From a virus, in IMG/VR virus record IMGVR_UViG_3300024999_000055, positions 32,001 through 96,000 of that record: a DNA stretch of 64,000 bases, one strand, 5' to 3'. Both the position numbers and the translations under genes were made by a program. Positions 23,126 through 35,687 of the stretch are shown here, in pieces. Below the pieces are notes generated by a model. It did no database searches. It saw only the letters and a list, made by a program, of their open reading frames with translations, and was not told the origin of the DNA. Each line of letters starts with the position of its first letter. Position 1 is the stretch's first letter.

Positions 23126-24114
23126 ATTTATTACCTCTTAACTTTTTTCGTCATATTCCCATTTTAATCCTAATTCACATTCATTACATATTTCTTTACT
23201 AAATTTATGTTTACAATTACTGCAACTACTATATAGGTTATTATAATCTTTCATATTAAATTGACTTCACTCTAATTTATTTATTATAAGGACATTTATG
23301 TAGTTTACATCCACAAATATCATGTGATATGCATACATTATGTAAAAAAGGATATTCAGGATGATATGTTTTTAAATCATTGAGTACTTGCGAATAACAT
23401 CTAGATATCATGCGCATTCCGCATTCAGAACAATAATAACCTGCATTACCATTTCCTTCTGCTTCTAAATTATAATTAGTAAATTCGTGACAATTTAAAC
23501 AATAATATTCATTATGAATTTTAATCACCTTCTTTACTTATTTTATTTAAATAAATGTTCATGATTACAATATTTCCAATCTAAATTTATATTGTGCATT
23601 AAATTCTTTAAATAATCATCTAATTGCTTATGACTTTTAATAGGTGGTGATATTCTAATATTAGGATTACAAATAAATAACATTGTTCTTCTTAGATATA
23701 ATAAATAATTTAAATGGAATTTATCATCCTTTCTTGCATCTTTATGATGAAAATCAAATATACCAGCACATTCATTATCAAATATAAAACCATTTTTATT
23801 AATTATATTTACTATTTTATCTCCATTCCATTTTTTAAAAGGTGAATTAAGATAATGTCCTATTGGTTTCATATATTCCTCCTTTGAATAATACAAACAA
23901 ACAATTCATTATATCTTTCCTAAATAAGAATAATTAATTAAATATAATTTACTCGTATCTATATAATTAATATGATGTTTAGATTTTAAATACTCAATAA
24001 ATTTATCTTTTGCCTCATCAACATTATTTGCTTTAGTTCTTACACAATGATTCATTATCCATTCTTCATCATAAATACAAACATATTCATCCATACAGTT
24101 AATCTCCTTTCTTT

Positions 24115-24138
24115 ATAAAATGAAAGTTTTATCATGAT
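24115..24138. repeat. Dyad site A
   Basis: ATAAAA-tgaaag-TTTTATCATGAT. Confidence 0.7.
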
Positions 24139-24531
24139 TTAATTACTAGATGTAGTATATAATTAATTTTAATATACAAGATATAGTATTTATAAATTTT
24201 GATACATTGTGGGTGGTTATACATAATTCACTATTTTTATTATCTTGTAAATATTTTTTTATATTCTTATTTATTATTTCTTTATTAGTTTTATAATCAT
24301 CACTTGAATAACAGCAATATGTTATTATTGCCTTCCCACAATTTTCACATGATTTTTCATGTGCTCCTTTATAGCAAGCGACACATTCAGAATTTTCTGC
24401 ACCACATTCACTTTTATCATTATGTTTAAAACATTCTCCATAATAATTTAAATTAACATCTTTTCCACATAAAAAACATTTACTATATTTCATAATATTT
24501 TATCTACTTTTTATTTAATATTACTTAAGTA

Positions 24532-24906
24532 TTACTTAAATCTTTTCTTCATTTCACTACCAACTAATTCACCAACAATATCTTTCAACTCATTCTTAAT
24601 CTCTGTATCTGATAAAATATTAAATTGCTCTTTTACTTCTTTGTATTGTTTAGTTTTAACATATTTCTTACTTAAATCATCAACTAAACTATTTTTAACT
24701 TCTTCCTTGAAATCAGTATCCATAATATCTAACATCATTCTCTTTACTTCATCTTGTAGTTTTTCTTTAAATGATCTACCATAATGTTCATATCTATTAT
24801 TCATAACTTCATTAATTAATTGTTTTGCTGATTCATAAATTATTGCAGATTCTATGTCACTAATATTATCATTATAGTCTAATTCTACTGTGAAATTTAA
24901 TTTTAT
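24532..24906 (-). CDS. Hypothetical protein, probable ATA start
   Basis: 34-codon in-frame extension to an ATA placed 10 nt after GGAG. Confidence 0.6.
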   Translation of the reverse strand: MKLNFTVELDYNDNISDIESAIIYESAKQLINEVMNNRYEHYGRSFKEKLQDEVKRMMLDIMDTDFKEEVKNSLVDDLSKKYVKTKQYKEVKEQFNILSDTEIKNELKDIVGELVGSEMKKRFK

Positions 24907-26842
24907 GATTATTCATCTCCTTTTGTTTATATTATATTTTATATTTCTTAATAATGGACATTCGATCACTTCTTCACGTTCATTGAAATATGTATCAACT
25001 ATTTCTGAAATTTTATTATTGTATAATTTACATCCGTATTCAACCCAATATCTTATCCAAGTTCTAGTAGAATATTCACATTCAAAGCACATTTTTTATT
25101 CTCCTTATAATTTATCATAAGTCTTATCTCTTTCTTTAACAATTTTATATAGATAACTAGGTTTATTAATCGTATCCATAATTATTTCTTCTGTGATTTC
25201 TATTTCATTATCACATTCAGAACAATATTCATAAGAGTAATTTAATATAGGTTGTAAACTATCAAATTCTGCTTCTTCACTATCTGATAATTTTTCCTTT
25301 TTATTTAATTCAAAATATCTAAGATACCTATTTATCTTTTTTTCATCCATAATAATATAATTACAGCATATATACATTTTGTAGTATCTTTCTAATATTT
25401 GTTTTGATACTAAAAATTCTAATATTTTATTTATATTCACAATCTCTTTTGACCAATTTTTAAATATTTTAGTTAATTTAGGTGTGTATTCATGTAAATA
25501 AGAATGAAATCCCCATTCCACTAAAAATTTATCTAATTTAATCTTATCTCCTTCAGATATAAAGTTTAATTCTTTAATCTCAGGATAATGATGTACACCT
25601 AATAGTTCTGAATATTCTTGTAATTTTTTATTGTCTATAATATCATTGATTTCTGATGTTAAATATCTGAATGAAAAATATGAAGGTAGTATTTTAGTAA
25701 AATCAGTCAATTCTTCTCTTGAGAATTGCTTAAATTCTTCAATGTTAATTTGTTTTAAATATGTATTAAATTCAGTGTATTTATTTATAATTGTTTGTAG
25801 ATAATTATTCATATTTTAATCTCCTTTATCCTTTTCTTTCTGTTTCTTCTTAACTTTCTTAATTTCTAATGCTAATTTACTATCTCCTTCACCATTGTCT
25901 TCCTTTTTATCTTTCTTTAACTTTTTATCACACCATTTTAATACTCCACAACAACCTACATAACCTTTTACAGTTTTATCTTTACATGTTGATCTAGGGA
26001 ATTCCATATACATGTCATAACCTTCTTTTGCTGTCCAATTCATTTTAACAATTTCTGTGATTAGATTTGGACAATTGTTTTGGTTAGTTGTGGATTCTGT
26101 GGGGTATGTAGAGTCTATATTTTCTATTGTATTGTCATTATTTTCGTTTTCTTCTTCGATATTATGTATGAAAGATACCTCCTTAAACTTCTATTCTATC
26201 AATTATCTCTTTTGGTTTACAATATCCTATTTGACATTTACCACATAACCATTTCTTATCTAATTGATGCTCCCAACACCATGTACCATTATCTCTTCCT
26301 TCTTTTTCATCTGTAATATATCCGCAATGAGTACATGGATGAAATGATATTCTGTATCTTGTTCTTTTTAACATGATTTTAATCTCCTTTATTAATCTGC
26401 ACACCTATCACATTTACCTGAATCAGTATAATCAGCAAACAATACTCCGCATACTGGACAATGCTCTAAACAATCATCACAAAAAACATCATTATATTGT
26501 TCATATTTATTGTGTGGTTTTAATTCTGATAACTTTAATAGTTTACCACAATCAGCACATTGTTTGTATTCGTCCATAATTTTATTCTCCTTTTTATTCT
26601 TATTATTTTATTAATTCATATTTTGCATTTAAATTGCTAAATGTTAAAGGGATAACTCCATTAACTATACCAAATTGATCACAATACCATATAACCCCAT
26701 TCATTTTAGTTATATACCAATATTCATTTATTGCATAATTTGCTTTAAATATTTGTCCTTCTTGAATTATATTGATAACTTCACTTAAACTAATAGGGTG
26801 ATACATATTTATTCTTCCTTTCTTTTTTATTTTAATTTCATC

Positions 26843-26860
26843 ACCAATCCTCGAATTTAT
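26843..26860. repeat. Dyad site A at the tnpB 3' boundary
   Basis: ACCAAT-cctcga-ATTTAT. Confidence 0.55.
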
Positions 26861-26882
26861 TCAAATATTCCTATTTGATTTG

Positions 26883-28097
26883 TTAGATTATATTAACTCT
26901 AACTGGATGTAAACCTACACCCTCTATTCCCTCTGCAAAAGCATCAGGAAATACTTTTTTAATAATCTGGTATGCACCATTTAAGTCTGCATTAATAAAT
27001 TCACCTCCATTACTTTGAAATAATCCTCTTGCCACTCTTCTACTTTTATTATAATTTTCTTTACATGGTATTTCACCATCAAGAAAACTTGTACCAGAAG
27101 TATATGATTCTTCTGTTTCAATAAAATTAATACCAACATTCTCACATTTGTATTTAATCTTTTCAATAAATAAACTATGTGGAATACCAACAAAATTCTG
27201 ATTAACTTTCCTACTCATATTACTTTCTTGTTTCCAATCTTTATTTTTACCTACTACCACAGTATCGATATTATTCTCAATGCACCAATTAATTATGTAT
27301 TTACTTGTTTTATGTATATAATCAGTTATTTTATTATTTCGTTTATTAGTTAATTGCTGTAGTTTATTACTCCAATTTTTATCATGTTTTAATTTTAAAT
27401 CAGATTGTTTTTTAGATTTTTCTTTATTATAATACTGATTTATAGATTTCAATGGTTTACCATTAATTATGAATGATTGTAATCCAATATTATTCCCTAC
27501 AGTCGCCAAATTATCTATTCCAATATCTATCCCTATTATATTGTTATTATAACTTATTTTTTCTGGAACATCAATTTCGTAAACAATTTCCATTATATAT
27601 GTATCACTTTTTGGTATAAATCTCACTTGCATAAGTTTACCATTTACATTAGTTCTTATTTTATTATTTAATGGTTTTAATTTACTCCAACTAAATCTTA
27701 AATAACCATCACTTATACTGAATTTAATATTATCAATTATTAAATTATATCTTCCTTCTTTTTCTTTATAATTAGGAAGTTTAGGTTTACCTAAAAATTT
27801 ATCTTTGTTTTTATTCCATTCTTTAATACCTGCAAAAAATGACCTCCAATTTTGATCAAGTAATTTTAAAGTTTGTTGACCTACATTGCTCCCTATTTCT
27901 TTATATGGTTCAGATTCTTTACACAACTGAAATAATTCATTATATCTAATCCATTTTTTATTATTTATAAATTCTTGACGAATTATATAATTAGCATAAT
28001 TATAAAGATTTTTAGATTTAAAACATAACTCATCTATTAATTTCCATTGTGGATTATTCTTTTTAATGATATGTTGTTCAACTCTATTTGTTTTCAT
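26883..28097 (-). mobile_element. tnpB: Solo TnpB (IS200/IS605/IS607 superfamily RNA-guided nuclease), no tnpA
   Basis: SKNLYN, PKLPNYK, GIDIGIDNLA (RuvC-I), EESYTS, RGLF, INADLNGA (RuvC-III). Confidence 0.92.
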
Positions 28098-28287
28098 TTA
28101 TATGTCCTTATATAATTATTTTAATTTACCACGTTTAGGTCATATTTTATAGTTAATTATTCTAAAATTTAATCTATAAATTTTAATAAGATATAATCTT
28201 CTTTGGGTAAGACCCATACCCTCTATCTTCTTATAATAATTGAAGATTACTTTTTGTTTTAACTACCACCCTCTTCCCTTGGATATT

Positions 28288-28316
28288 ATTATAATTGTTT
28301 TCAGTTTGATTGTCAA
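28288..28316 (-). promoter_or_regulatory. SigA-type promoter upstream of tnpB
   Basis: TTGACA-17 bp-TATAAT. Confidence 0.75.
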
Positions 28317-28359
28317 TATTTATTTTTATATTTTGTTAATATTAATTTATTTAATTTAT

Positions 28360-31300
28360 TTAATTTAAACATTTTATTAACATATCTTTTAAATGTGTTT
28401 GTTTGGTCGAAACACTGGTTTGTTTAATTGCATATCTCAATGCTCTATTTTCAGCACATAATACACAATATTCTTTTGCTCTAGTTAACATTGTATACAC
28501 CATTTCCTTAGTTAATAATTTATAGTGAGAGTAATCCAACGCTGCTATTACATATTTTATTCCAGAACCCTGTGCCTTATGACAAGTCATTACATAGCCA
28601 AGAGATATTTTAGGTAAATGAGACTTAGGAATATATATATTACCTTTATTATTAAAATTAACAATTAGAGTATTTCTTATATAATCAATATCAACTACAA
28701 TTCCTAAATCTCCATTGAATATTGGAATTTCATCTCCATATTCATTTACTGTTTTATAATTATTTTTATTATTTAAGACTTTATCACCTATATAAATTGT
28801 GAAAGGATATTTTGAGTTATCTCCAACAATTAACCCTTTTTTATTTTTAGTATCAATAACAATTTCCTGCAATAAATTATTTAAGTAGTAAGCACTTGCT
28901 TTTCCTCTTTCTTTCATTGGTACAATGACTTGAATATCAAATATGCTTTCAGTTTTTGGTAATAATTCTTTAAAGTGTTCTACAACCTTTGTATGAGTAT
29001 TATTTTTGTCTTTATATATATCTAATTTTAAGTCTTGTAATTCTCCTCTAATTTCTATACCTGTGAAATCTTTATCAATAATTTGTTCTTGATTTTTAAT
29101 TTTAATACTTTCTGTAATAATTGCTGATTTTTCTGCTTGTCTATGAATTTTTGTAAGTTTTACAATTTTTATATATCCACTTTGAATCATATCAAACATA
29201 ATATTTCCGACACCAATAGATTCCAATTGATGCTCGTCACCTAACATGATTAATTTTGATCCAGTTTCTATAGCTTGAATTAATTTATAAAAAATATCTG
29301 CCCCATCCATAGATATCTCATCATGAATAATTATTTTTACAGGAAGTTTATTGTTTTTATTATATGTAAAACCAGTTTCAGGATTATATCCTAATAATCT
29401 ATGAATTGTATAACCATCTTCACCAGTTATTTCACTTAAATTACACGAAGCTCTACCTGATAATGCGGTTTGGGCAAAAGAATAGTTTTTCTTAAACACT
29501 TCTAATTCCCCTGCTACTGTGCTACTCTTTCCACAATTTCCAGTAATAAATATTTTATTATTCCTTCTTAATATTAACATTCCTGAAGGTACAGTGAAAC
29601 AATATTTATATCCATCTAATGTTTTATATTTAGTTATTGGTGTTTTTGTGTGAGGATTAACAATAGTGATGTCTATATTATTTGTTGGTAAAACGCAATA
29701 ACAAGGATTATCATATCTTTCGTCAATATATATTGTCGCTCTAATACCACAAGCAGAAAATGCAAACTGCATAAAATCTGCACTTTCTTTTTCTATTGTA
29801 ATAAATCTAGGCAGTGAATTTTTTGGACTTGAACTATCCCAATATTTATATTCATCAATTATTATTTTTAATTGATTATTTGAACATTTATACCAGTAAC
29901 TATCAAATATTTTACTTCTTTTAGGAGCATCAAAATAAATATATGTAAGATTATCTTTTGTAGTAATAGAATAATTAATATTACAATCATTTAATAATTG
30001 TAATGCTCTTTTTATTTTTCTTTCTTTTGAAAAACATAACCTACATCTATTTGTTGAGGTAGTATCGTGAAAATAACCGTCAGCATGTATACAAACCATT
30101 AGTCTAATTTCATTATCTGTTAAATCTATACCATTTGATGAATAATTAAATGTTGTAATAAATTTACCGTCAAAACCATTTTTCTTTTTATTGTGCTTTT
30201 GAATCATCTCAGACATTTTAATATTTATAATATTATTTTTATAATTTTTATATATTACTTTGTGTTCATCACATAAACACTGATTTGCCCCTCTTGTTTC
30301 AAAATGCCATAGGTATTCAGAAGGATATTTATGATATTTTAACGGATTAACTAATTCAGAATTTCCATTTTTATTATATTGTAATACTTTATCACTCTCT
30401 TTATAATTTGATATTTTCGCCCATTTTACACCATTGAAATATTCTGTATCACAATCTACACAACCTGCCGATCCCGTAATCATTACCACTTGATTTTCAA
30501 GAATAGTTTTAATCCCTTCTATTTGTTCTTCTGTAAATTCCCATCCTTGTCTTTGTTCTAGTTTTTGAATTCTATCTTCCCAATCTTTAAATTCAAAATA
30601 ATTTTCTACTTCATTTAGCCTTTTTAACTCTTTGGCAATATTTTCTTCCAAGTTATAATATTTCATTAAGCTAATTTTATCTTGGTTTTCACTTGTCCAA
30701 ATTATGTTTTGATTCTTCATTTCACGCAATGCCTGTGTTAGAGTTTCTTGTGGTAATTCACATCCAATTGTCCCATCTACAGCATCTAGAAGATTATCTA
30801 TATCCACCCATGTATTACCAATATATGCTTCCTGATGTAAATAGTATTTAACATACGCTTTTACTCTATTAATTGAATATTCCCCTAATCCACTATTTAA
30901 AGCCATTTCATCTGCTTTATCCCATCCAATTCCATCAATTTCATCAATTAATATATATGGATTTTCCTCTATTTTTGCAATTACTGTATTTGGACTTCCA
31001 TAAAAATCAACTAATTTTTCGATTGTATTGTTACTTAACCCATATTTATCTAATTTTACATATGCTTCTGAATAATCTTTACTGTTTTCATATTTTTCTA
31101 TTAGTTTTAAAGCAGTTGGAACACCAATCCCTTTTACTGTGCATAATGCTTTAATATCATTATCTTCCAATACTTCAATAGGATTTTCAAAAGTTTTAAA
31201 CAATTCAATACATTGTTTTTCAGGTAATATTTTTTCTAAAAATTTATATTGATCTTCTTTATTATTTAATTTTATATCTATACACATGAAAATTATTTTA

Positions 31301-31557
31301 TATTGTATGCCAAATCTTTCATTTTCTACTTCTTTGCCAATAATTACATAAATTTCATCATCATTTATTTCACACATACATCCAGTTAATGTAATAGTTC
31401 CCCATTTATTTATTCGTGGTTCTCCTTGCAATGTATCTAAGATAGTAACGGAAATTATACCAAAATCTCCGTTACCAATAATCTTATTTTTAGGAAACAT
31501 TTGTTTAGATAAACGACATTTGCATTTAATCATTATATCGTCTTGATTTTGTTCCAA
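28360..31557 (-). CDS. RecD2-like SF1B helicase containing an intein
   Basis: HhH region, ENPY, TIHRLL, DEISM, GDEHQL, HRQA, NGDLG, TCHKAQGS, YTMLTRA. Confidence 0.93.
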   Translation of the reverse strand: MEQNQDDIMIKCKCRLSKQMFPKNKIIGNGDFGIISVTILDTLQGEPRINKWGTITLTGCMCEINDDEIYVIIGKEVENERFGIQYKIIFMCIDIKLNNKEDQYKFLEKILPEKQCIELFKTFENPIEVLEDNDIKALCTVKGIGVPTALKLIEKYENSKDYSEAYVKLDKYGLSNNTIEKLVDFYGSPNTVIAKIEENPYILIDEIDGIGWDKADEMALNSGLGEYSINRVKAYVKYYLHQEAYIGNTWVDIDNLLDAVDGTIGCELPQETLTQALREMKNQNIIWTSENQDKISLMKYYNLEENIAKELKRLNEVENYFEFKDWEDRIQKLEQRQGWEFTEEQIEGIKTILENQVVMITGSAGCVDCDTEYFNGVKWAKISNYKESDKVLQYNKNGNSELVNPLKYHKYPSEYLWHFETRGANQCLCDEHKVIYKNYKNNIINIKMSEMIQKHNKKKNGFDGKFITTFNYSSNGIDLTDNEIRLMVCIHADGYFHDTTSTNRCRLCFSKERKIKRALQLLNDCNINYSITTKDNLTYIYFDAPKRSKIFDSYWYKCSNNQLKIIIDEYKYWDSSSPKNSLPRFITIEKESADFMQFAFSACGIRATIYIDERYDNPCYCVLPTNNIDITIVNPHTKTPITKYKTLDGYKYCFTVPSGMLILRRNNKIFITGNCGKSSTVAGELEVFKKNYSFAQTALSGRASCNLSEITGEDGYTIHRLLGYNPETGFTYNKNNKLPVKIIIHDEISMDGADIFYKLIQAIETGSKLIMLGDEHQLESIGVGNIMFDMIQSGYIKIVKLTKIHRQAEKSAIITESIKIKNQEQIIDKDFTGIEIRGELQDLKLDIYKDKNNTHTKVVEHFKELLPKTESIFDIQVIVPMKERGKASAYYLNNLLQEIVIDTKNKKGLIVGDNSKYPFTIYIGDKVLNNKNNYKTVNEYGDEIPIFNGDLGIVVDIDYIRNTLIVNFNNKGNIYIPKSHLPKISLGYVMTCHKAQGSGIKYVIAALDYSHYKLLTKEMVYTMLTRAKEYCVLCAENRALRYAIKQTSVSTKQTHLKDMLIKCLN
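29536..30462 (-). mobile_element. Intein (309 aa) in the Walker A motif of the helicase
   Basis: GSAG|CVDCDTEY...YCFTVPSG...FITGN|CGKS; internal LAGLIDADG-like LMVCIHADG. Confidence 0.92.
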
Positions 31558-31571
31558 AACTCTACCTCCTT

Positions 31572-34500
31572 TTATTCTACTAATTGAACTCTATCACTTT
31601 GTAAAATCAATGTTCCGTCTTCTTTAACTTCTATTATTCTTTGAATACTATGTTGATAAATAGAATTTTTATATCTTTTTGGTTTGAATATATCTCCTCT
31701 TCTGAAACCAGTTACCAATAATAATTCTGATCTTTTAAACCATCCGTTTTCTAAAATTATTTTTTTAGTTTTTCCTTTATCATCTATACCATTGTCTTTA
31801 GAAATTGTTTTATCATAAAAAGAAAATTGTCCTGAATAAAACTTCAAGGTTACAACACCTTCGGGAGTTAGGATAGTTACTGAATGTTTATTTTTATCTC
31901 TATCTAAAACAGTTCCTATAATTCTATCCAATTGAAACTTGGGATATTGTAATCCTTTATATTTTGTAAACCCAATTACTATGGGTTCTTCAGGTAAAGA
32001 ATAAAAATCGACTATTCCATATTTTTCTTTATTAACATTTGCTAATTCATGTCCAGATTCTTTACTATAAAAACTCATACTTTCCATTTCCCATGAACTG
32101 ATATTACCTTTCATATATTGATTTTTGATATTTTGAAAAATAATATTAGTATATGTTTTTATACATTCCTCCGTAGTTATCCACTTATTTAATTGAACAA
32201 CTTTATTTTTGTAAACAGATTCAAATGAACCTTTACGTGATGTTCCCAATGCTACAAGCAAATATCCTTCATCATCATATTTATAATCTTTATCTTCCTG
32301 CATATCATTTGCAAAATGTTCCAAGAAAAAATTATTTGCATGTTCTGTATCTTCATCATTATATATATCTTTTATTTTGTGCCAAGCAATTGTTTTTGAT
32401 TGTTCATCTGTTATTTTCTTCATACTTATTAAATATTCTCTAAAATTATAAAATCTTAATTCGTCTTTTAGTTCAATTGGTATAATTCCTAACTCAGCAA
32501 TTTTACTAATATCTTTAGAATTTAGTTTCGTTTTAGATGGATTTAATAATCGCAAATAATCCTCTAATATTTCTTCTCTTGGTTTATTTTCAATTTTATC
32601 AAATGATCCTGCTTTAATTAACATTATAGTCTGACCTTCTGCTACTAATGATCTCATTTGTGATTTACCAGTCTTTAATGTTGTTTCCTTTTTTATCAAT
32701 ACTAATCGTTCATGAAAATCTTTTAAATTTTTGTATGGTCTATTCTGCATAATGGTTTGTGCTGTTTCGTTATTAATTTTCATAATTCCTTTGAATCCAA
32801 AAATAATTTCATTATTTTGTTCATCAGGTAAAAAACCTTGTTCTGCTTTATTTATATATGGTAATGATACATTGATATCTTTAGATTGTAATTTACCTAT
32901 TGCTTTTGCAATTTCTCCGTAATTTGTTGTTCTTTCTTTTGCTTCTATATCAGAATCTTCACATGTTTCTCTATCAACTGCACCTGATTCAACCATTAAT
33001 ACTGCTGTATTCCAATAAATAGGAGGATAATAATAAACTAGATTTAATTGTTGAATGAGAATAATAGTATAGGCCACGGCATGTAAAATACTAAAACTGT
33101 ACCCTAACTGCAATGCTATTTGTTCATTCCAAATATAATCCAATAAAATTTGCGGTGCATTTGCTTTTTTGCCCCATTCAAAGAACATTGTTTTAGCATC
33201 GTCAATTAATTTTTGTTGTTTTTTTGCTACACCTTTTCTTAATTTATTACTTTCTATTACTCCAAATCCTGCAATATTACTGTCCATAGTCAATAACATC
33301 ATCCGTTCTTGACTTGAACATACTCCATTATCTTGAAGTAAATGTCTTTCCATTATTTTAATTTGTTCTTTATTTAATCCAAACTTTTTCATATCCCTAT
33401 ACCATTCAGAAATATTATTTTTATATCTAACAAATTTTTCTAATGGTTGCTCTCCACTATCTACCATTAATCTCATAACTGTATTTCCATTAGAAGCATC
33501 AATTAAATTTTGTGGTTGAATTAATTTAATTGCTTGTTCACCTACACTTGATTCAAACTGAAATGCTGAAAGTATTTCTCCTTTACATAAAATAGCCCAC
33601 ATTTCTTTTGATTTGAAATCTATAACGTCTGGATGTAAATATTTATTATATGTTTTTCTTAAACTACCTTGCCATTCTATTTTATTATTTTTTACTAACA
33701 TTTCCATAGTTAATTGAAGCATTGATTCTGTTTTAGTATTTAGAAAATCATATTTTAGATTTGATACTTGTTCTGAATCGTGTAATTCATAGGCAGATAT
33801 TAATTCTCCACTTGGACTTCTCATTACTGAATTATGTTTTGTGATTGGTTCATTTAAAATAATTACTCCACAAGCATGTGTTGATCTTTTATTAATTAAT
33901 CCTTCAATACCTAATATAATATTTAATAAATTTTTATCCGCATATTCACTGACCATATTTCTAAATTCAGTTACTTGTTTTCTTCCATTATCTAAATCTC
34001 CATAAAAACAATCATGAATACTCCATACTTTTCCTCTTTCTATAGGTACTAAAGAACTTAAATATAACGCAACATCATTGTTGATATGCAAACCTCTACA
34101 GCCAGTAAGGATTGCTGACTTAGAAGTTTCTGTTCCAAAGGTACATACTCTTATTGCATCTCCACCAATACTTTGATAATATTTTACTATTTTATCCATT
34201 ACTACATCTTTTTTATGAGAACTGTAATCAATATCAATATCAAAAATATCTGGTCTTTCTGCTGACATAAATCTCCAATGAGGCATTTCTACACCTTGTT
34301 CTAAAGGATTTACTTGAGTAATGCCCAATAAATAATTGATAATATATCCATTAGCACTACCACGACCTGGGCCGACGAATGATTCGGCTTCTTCCCAGAT
34401 AATATCTATATTTTTTTGCATAGTATTTAAATATGCTCCCATTGGTTGATGTTTAACTTTACTTGCTCCTGTAATTTCTTTACATTCAATATTAACTCTT

Positions 34501-35669
34501 TCTAATACATCGTCTAATTTTTCTTTTTTAATTTCTCTTTCTTCTATTCCTTTAAATATTTGAGTAATCAAGAAAGTATGTTGATTCTCAATGTCTTCAT
34601 AAAGTTCTTTTATATATGGATATTTGTCTAATATTTTTTGATTAACTGAATACCACTCTGATTTTTTGGGTAATTTTCTCAAAGGAATAATAGATTCTGC
34701 AAAAAAATCATATCCTTTAACTTTATCAGTAATTTCTTTAGTGTTTAATATTGCTTTTTCAATATCCTCAATTTCTAAATAATCCATATTTTTAAATATT
34801 TCATCAACGGTGAAGAAATGAGTTGTACTATAAAACATATCTACTTCACGATTACCATTGGAATCTTCTTCTGATGTTAAGAACGCTTTATGAATTTCTC
34901 TATCTTTAGATGTAAGATAATGTGCATCAGTTGTTACTATCCATTTAATCCCATATGCTTTTGCTATTTTAATAGCCATTATATTAAAATCTATTTGTTC
35001 CTGTTGAAGAGATGGTTGTAATTCAATATAAAAATCTTCACCAAATAAATCCAAACACCAATTTATAAAATAATCTATCTCGTCTTTTATTTGCTCTTGT
35101 TTTTCCTTATTTTCTTCTTGTAATAAATTTAATATTAAATTTGGCAGTCTACCTCCTAAACAGGCAGAAGACACGATTAAATGTCCTCTGCATTCATTAA
35201 TAATCTCTTCTATATCACTATAAAATGTAGGAACTCTTTCTATACCTTTATAATTAAACATTCTTTTCCATGCTTTTGTAGATAATTTCCTAATTTGTTC
35301 ATGACCTTCATTGTCTTTAGCCAACAAAATAAAATGATAAAATTGAGTTTTTCCTTGTTCTTTCATTTCTTCATACATTGTTTCTTCATCAACTAAATAA
35401 ATTTCATTTCCCAATATTGGTTTAAAATCTTTATGTATTTTTTCTTTAGATTTTAATTTTTCTACTGTATTTAAAAATTTTACATGAGAACTAAGACATT
35501 CATGATCTGTAATAGCCATTGCAAGATTACCTAATTTATTTACATATGTAATCATATCCTCAATTTTATTAATTGAGTCCAAAATTCTTATATTTGAGTA
35601 TTCGCTATGAACATGTAAATGTACAAATATTTCATTTAATTTATTTAAATATTCTTGGGAGTAAGGCAA
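31572..35669 (-). CDS. dnaE: DNA polymerase III alpha (DnaE-type)
   Basis: PHP HLHVHSEYS/TDH, GPGRGS, PDIFDIDID, HACG, KYDFL, YSF...HA. Confidence 0.96.
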   Translation of the reverse strand: MPYSQEYLNKLNEIFVHLHVHSEYSNIRILDSINKIEDMITYVNKLGNLAMAITDHECLSSHVKFLNTVEKLKSKEKIHKDFKPILGNEIYLVDEETMYEEMKEQGKTQFYHFILLAKDNEGHEQIRKLSTKAWKRMFNYKGIERVPTFYSDIEEIINECRGHLIVSSACLGGRLPNLILNLLQEENKEKQEQIKDEIDYFINWCLDLFGEDFYIELQPSLQQEQIDFNIMAIKIAKAYGIKWIVTTDAHYLTSKDREIHKAFLTSEEDSNGNREVDMFYSTTHFFTVDEIFKNMDYLEIEDIEKAILNTKEITDKVKGYDFFAESIIPLRKLPKKSEWYSVNQKILDKYPYIKELYEDIENQHTFLITQIFKGIEEREIKKEKLDDVLERVNIECKEITGASKVKHQPMGAYLNTMQKNIDIIWEEAESFVGPGRGSANGYIINYLLGITQVNPLEQGVEMPHWRFMSAERPDIFDIDIDYSSHKKDVVMDKIVKYYQSIGGDAIRVCTFGTETSKSAILTGCRGLHINNDVALYLSSLVPIERGKVWSIHDCFYGDLDNGRKQVTEFRNMVSEYADKNLLNIILGIEGLINKRSTHACGVIILNEPITKHNSVMRSPSGELISAYELHDSEQVSNLKYDFLNTKTESMLQLTMEMLVKNNKIEWQGSLRKTYNKYLHPDVIDFKSKEMWAILCKGEILSAFQFESSVGEQAIKLIQPQNLIDASNGNTVMRLMVDSGEQPLEKFVRYKNNISEWYRDMKKFGLNKEQIKIMERHLLQDNGVCSSQERMMLLTMDSNIAGFGVIESNKLRKGVAKKQQKLIDDAKTMFFEWGKKANAPQILLDYIWNEQIALQLGYSFSILHAVAYTIILIQQLNLVYYYPPIYWNTAVLMVESGAVDRETCEDSDIEAKERTTNYGEIAKAIGKLQSKDINVSLPYINKAEQGFLPDEQNNEIIFGFKGIMKINNETAQTIMQNRPYKNLKDFHERLVLIKKETTLKTGKSQMRSLVAEGQTIMLIKAGSFDKIENKPREEILEDYLRLLNPSKTKLNSKDISKIAELGIIPIELKDELRFYNFREYLISMKKITDEQSKTIAWHKIKDIYNDEDTEHANNFFLEHFANDMQEDKDYKYDDEGYLLVALGTSRKGSFESVYKNKVVQLNKWITTEECIKTYTNIIFQNIKNQYMKGNISSWEMESMSFYSKESGHELANVNKEKYGIVDFYSLPEEPIVIGFTKYKGLQYPKFQLDRIIGTVLDRDKNKHSVTILTPEGVVTLKFYSGQFSFYDKTISKDNGIDDKGKTKKIILENGWFKRSELLLVTGFRRGDIFKPKRYKNSIYQHSIQRIIEVKEDGTLILQSDRVQLVE

Positions 35670-35687
35670 TATATCATCACTCTTTCT

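Larger units (their letters stand above)
21090..26806 (-). other. Dense run of small hypothetical genes, many Cys-rich
   Basis: About 20 short ORFs with RBSs. Confidence 0.7.
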
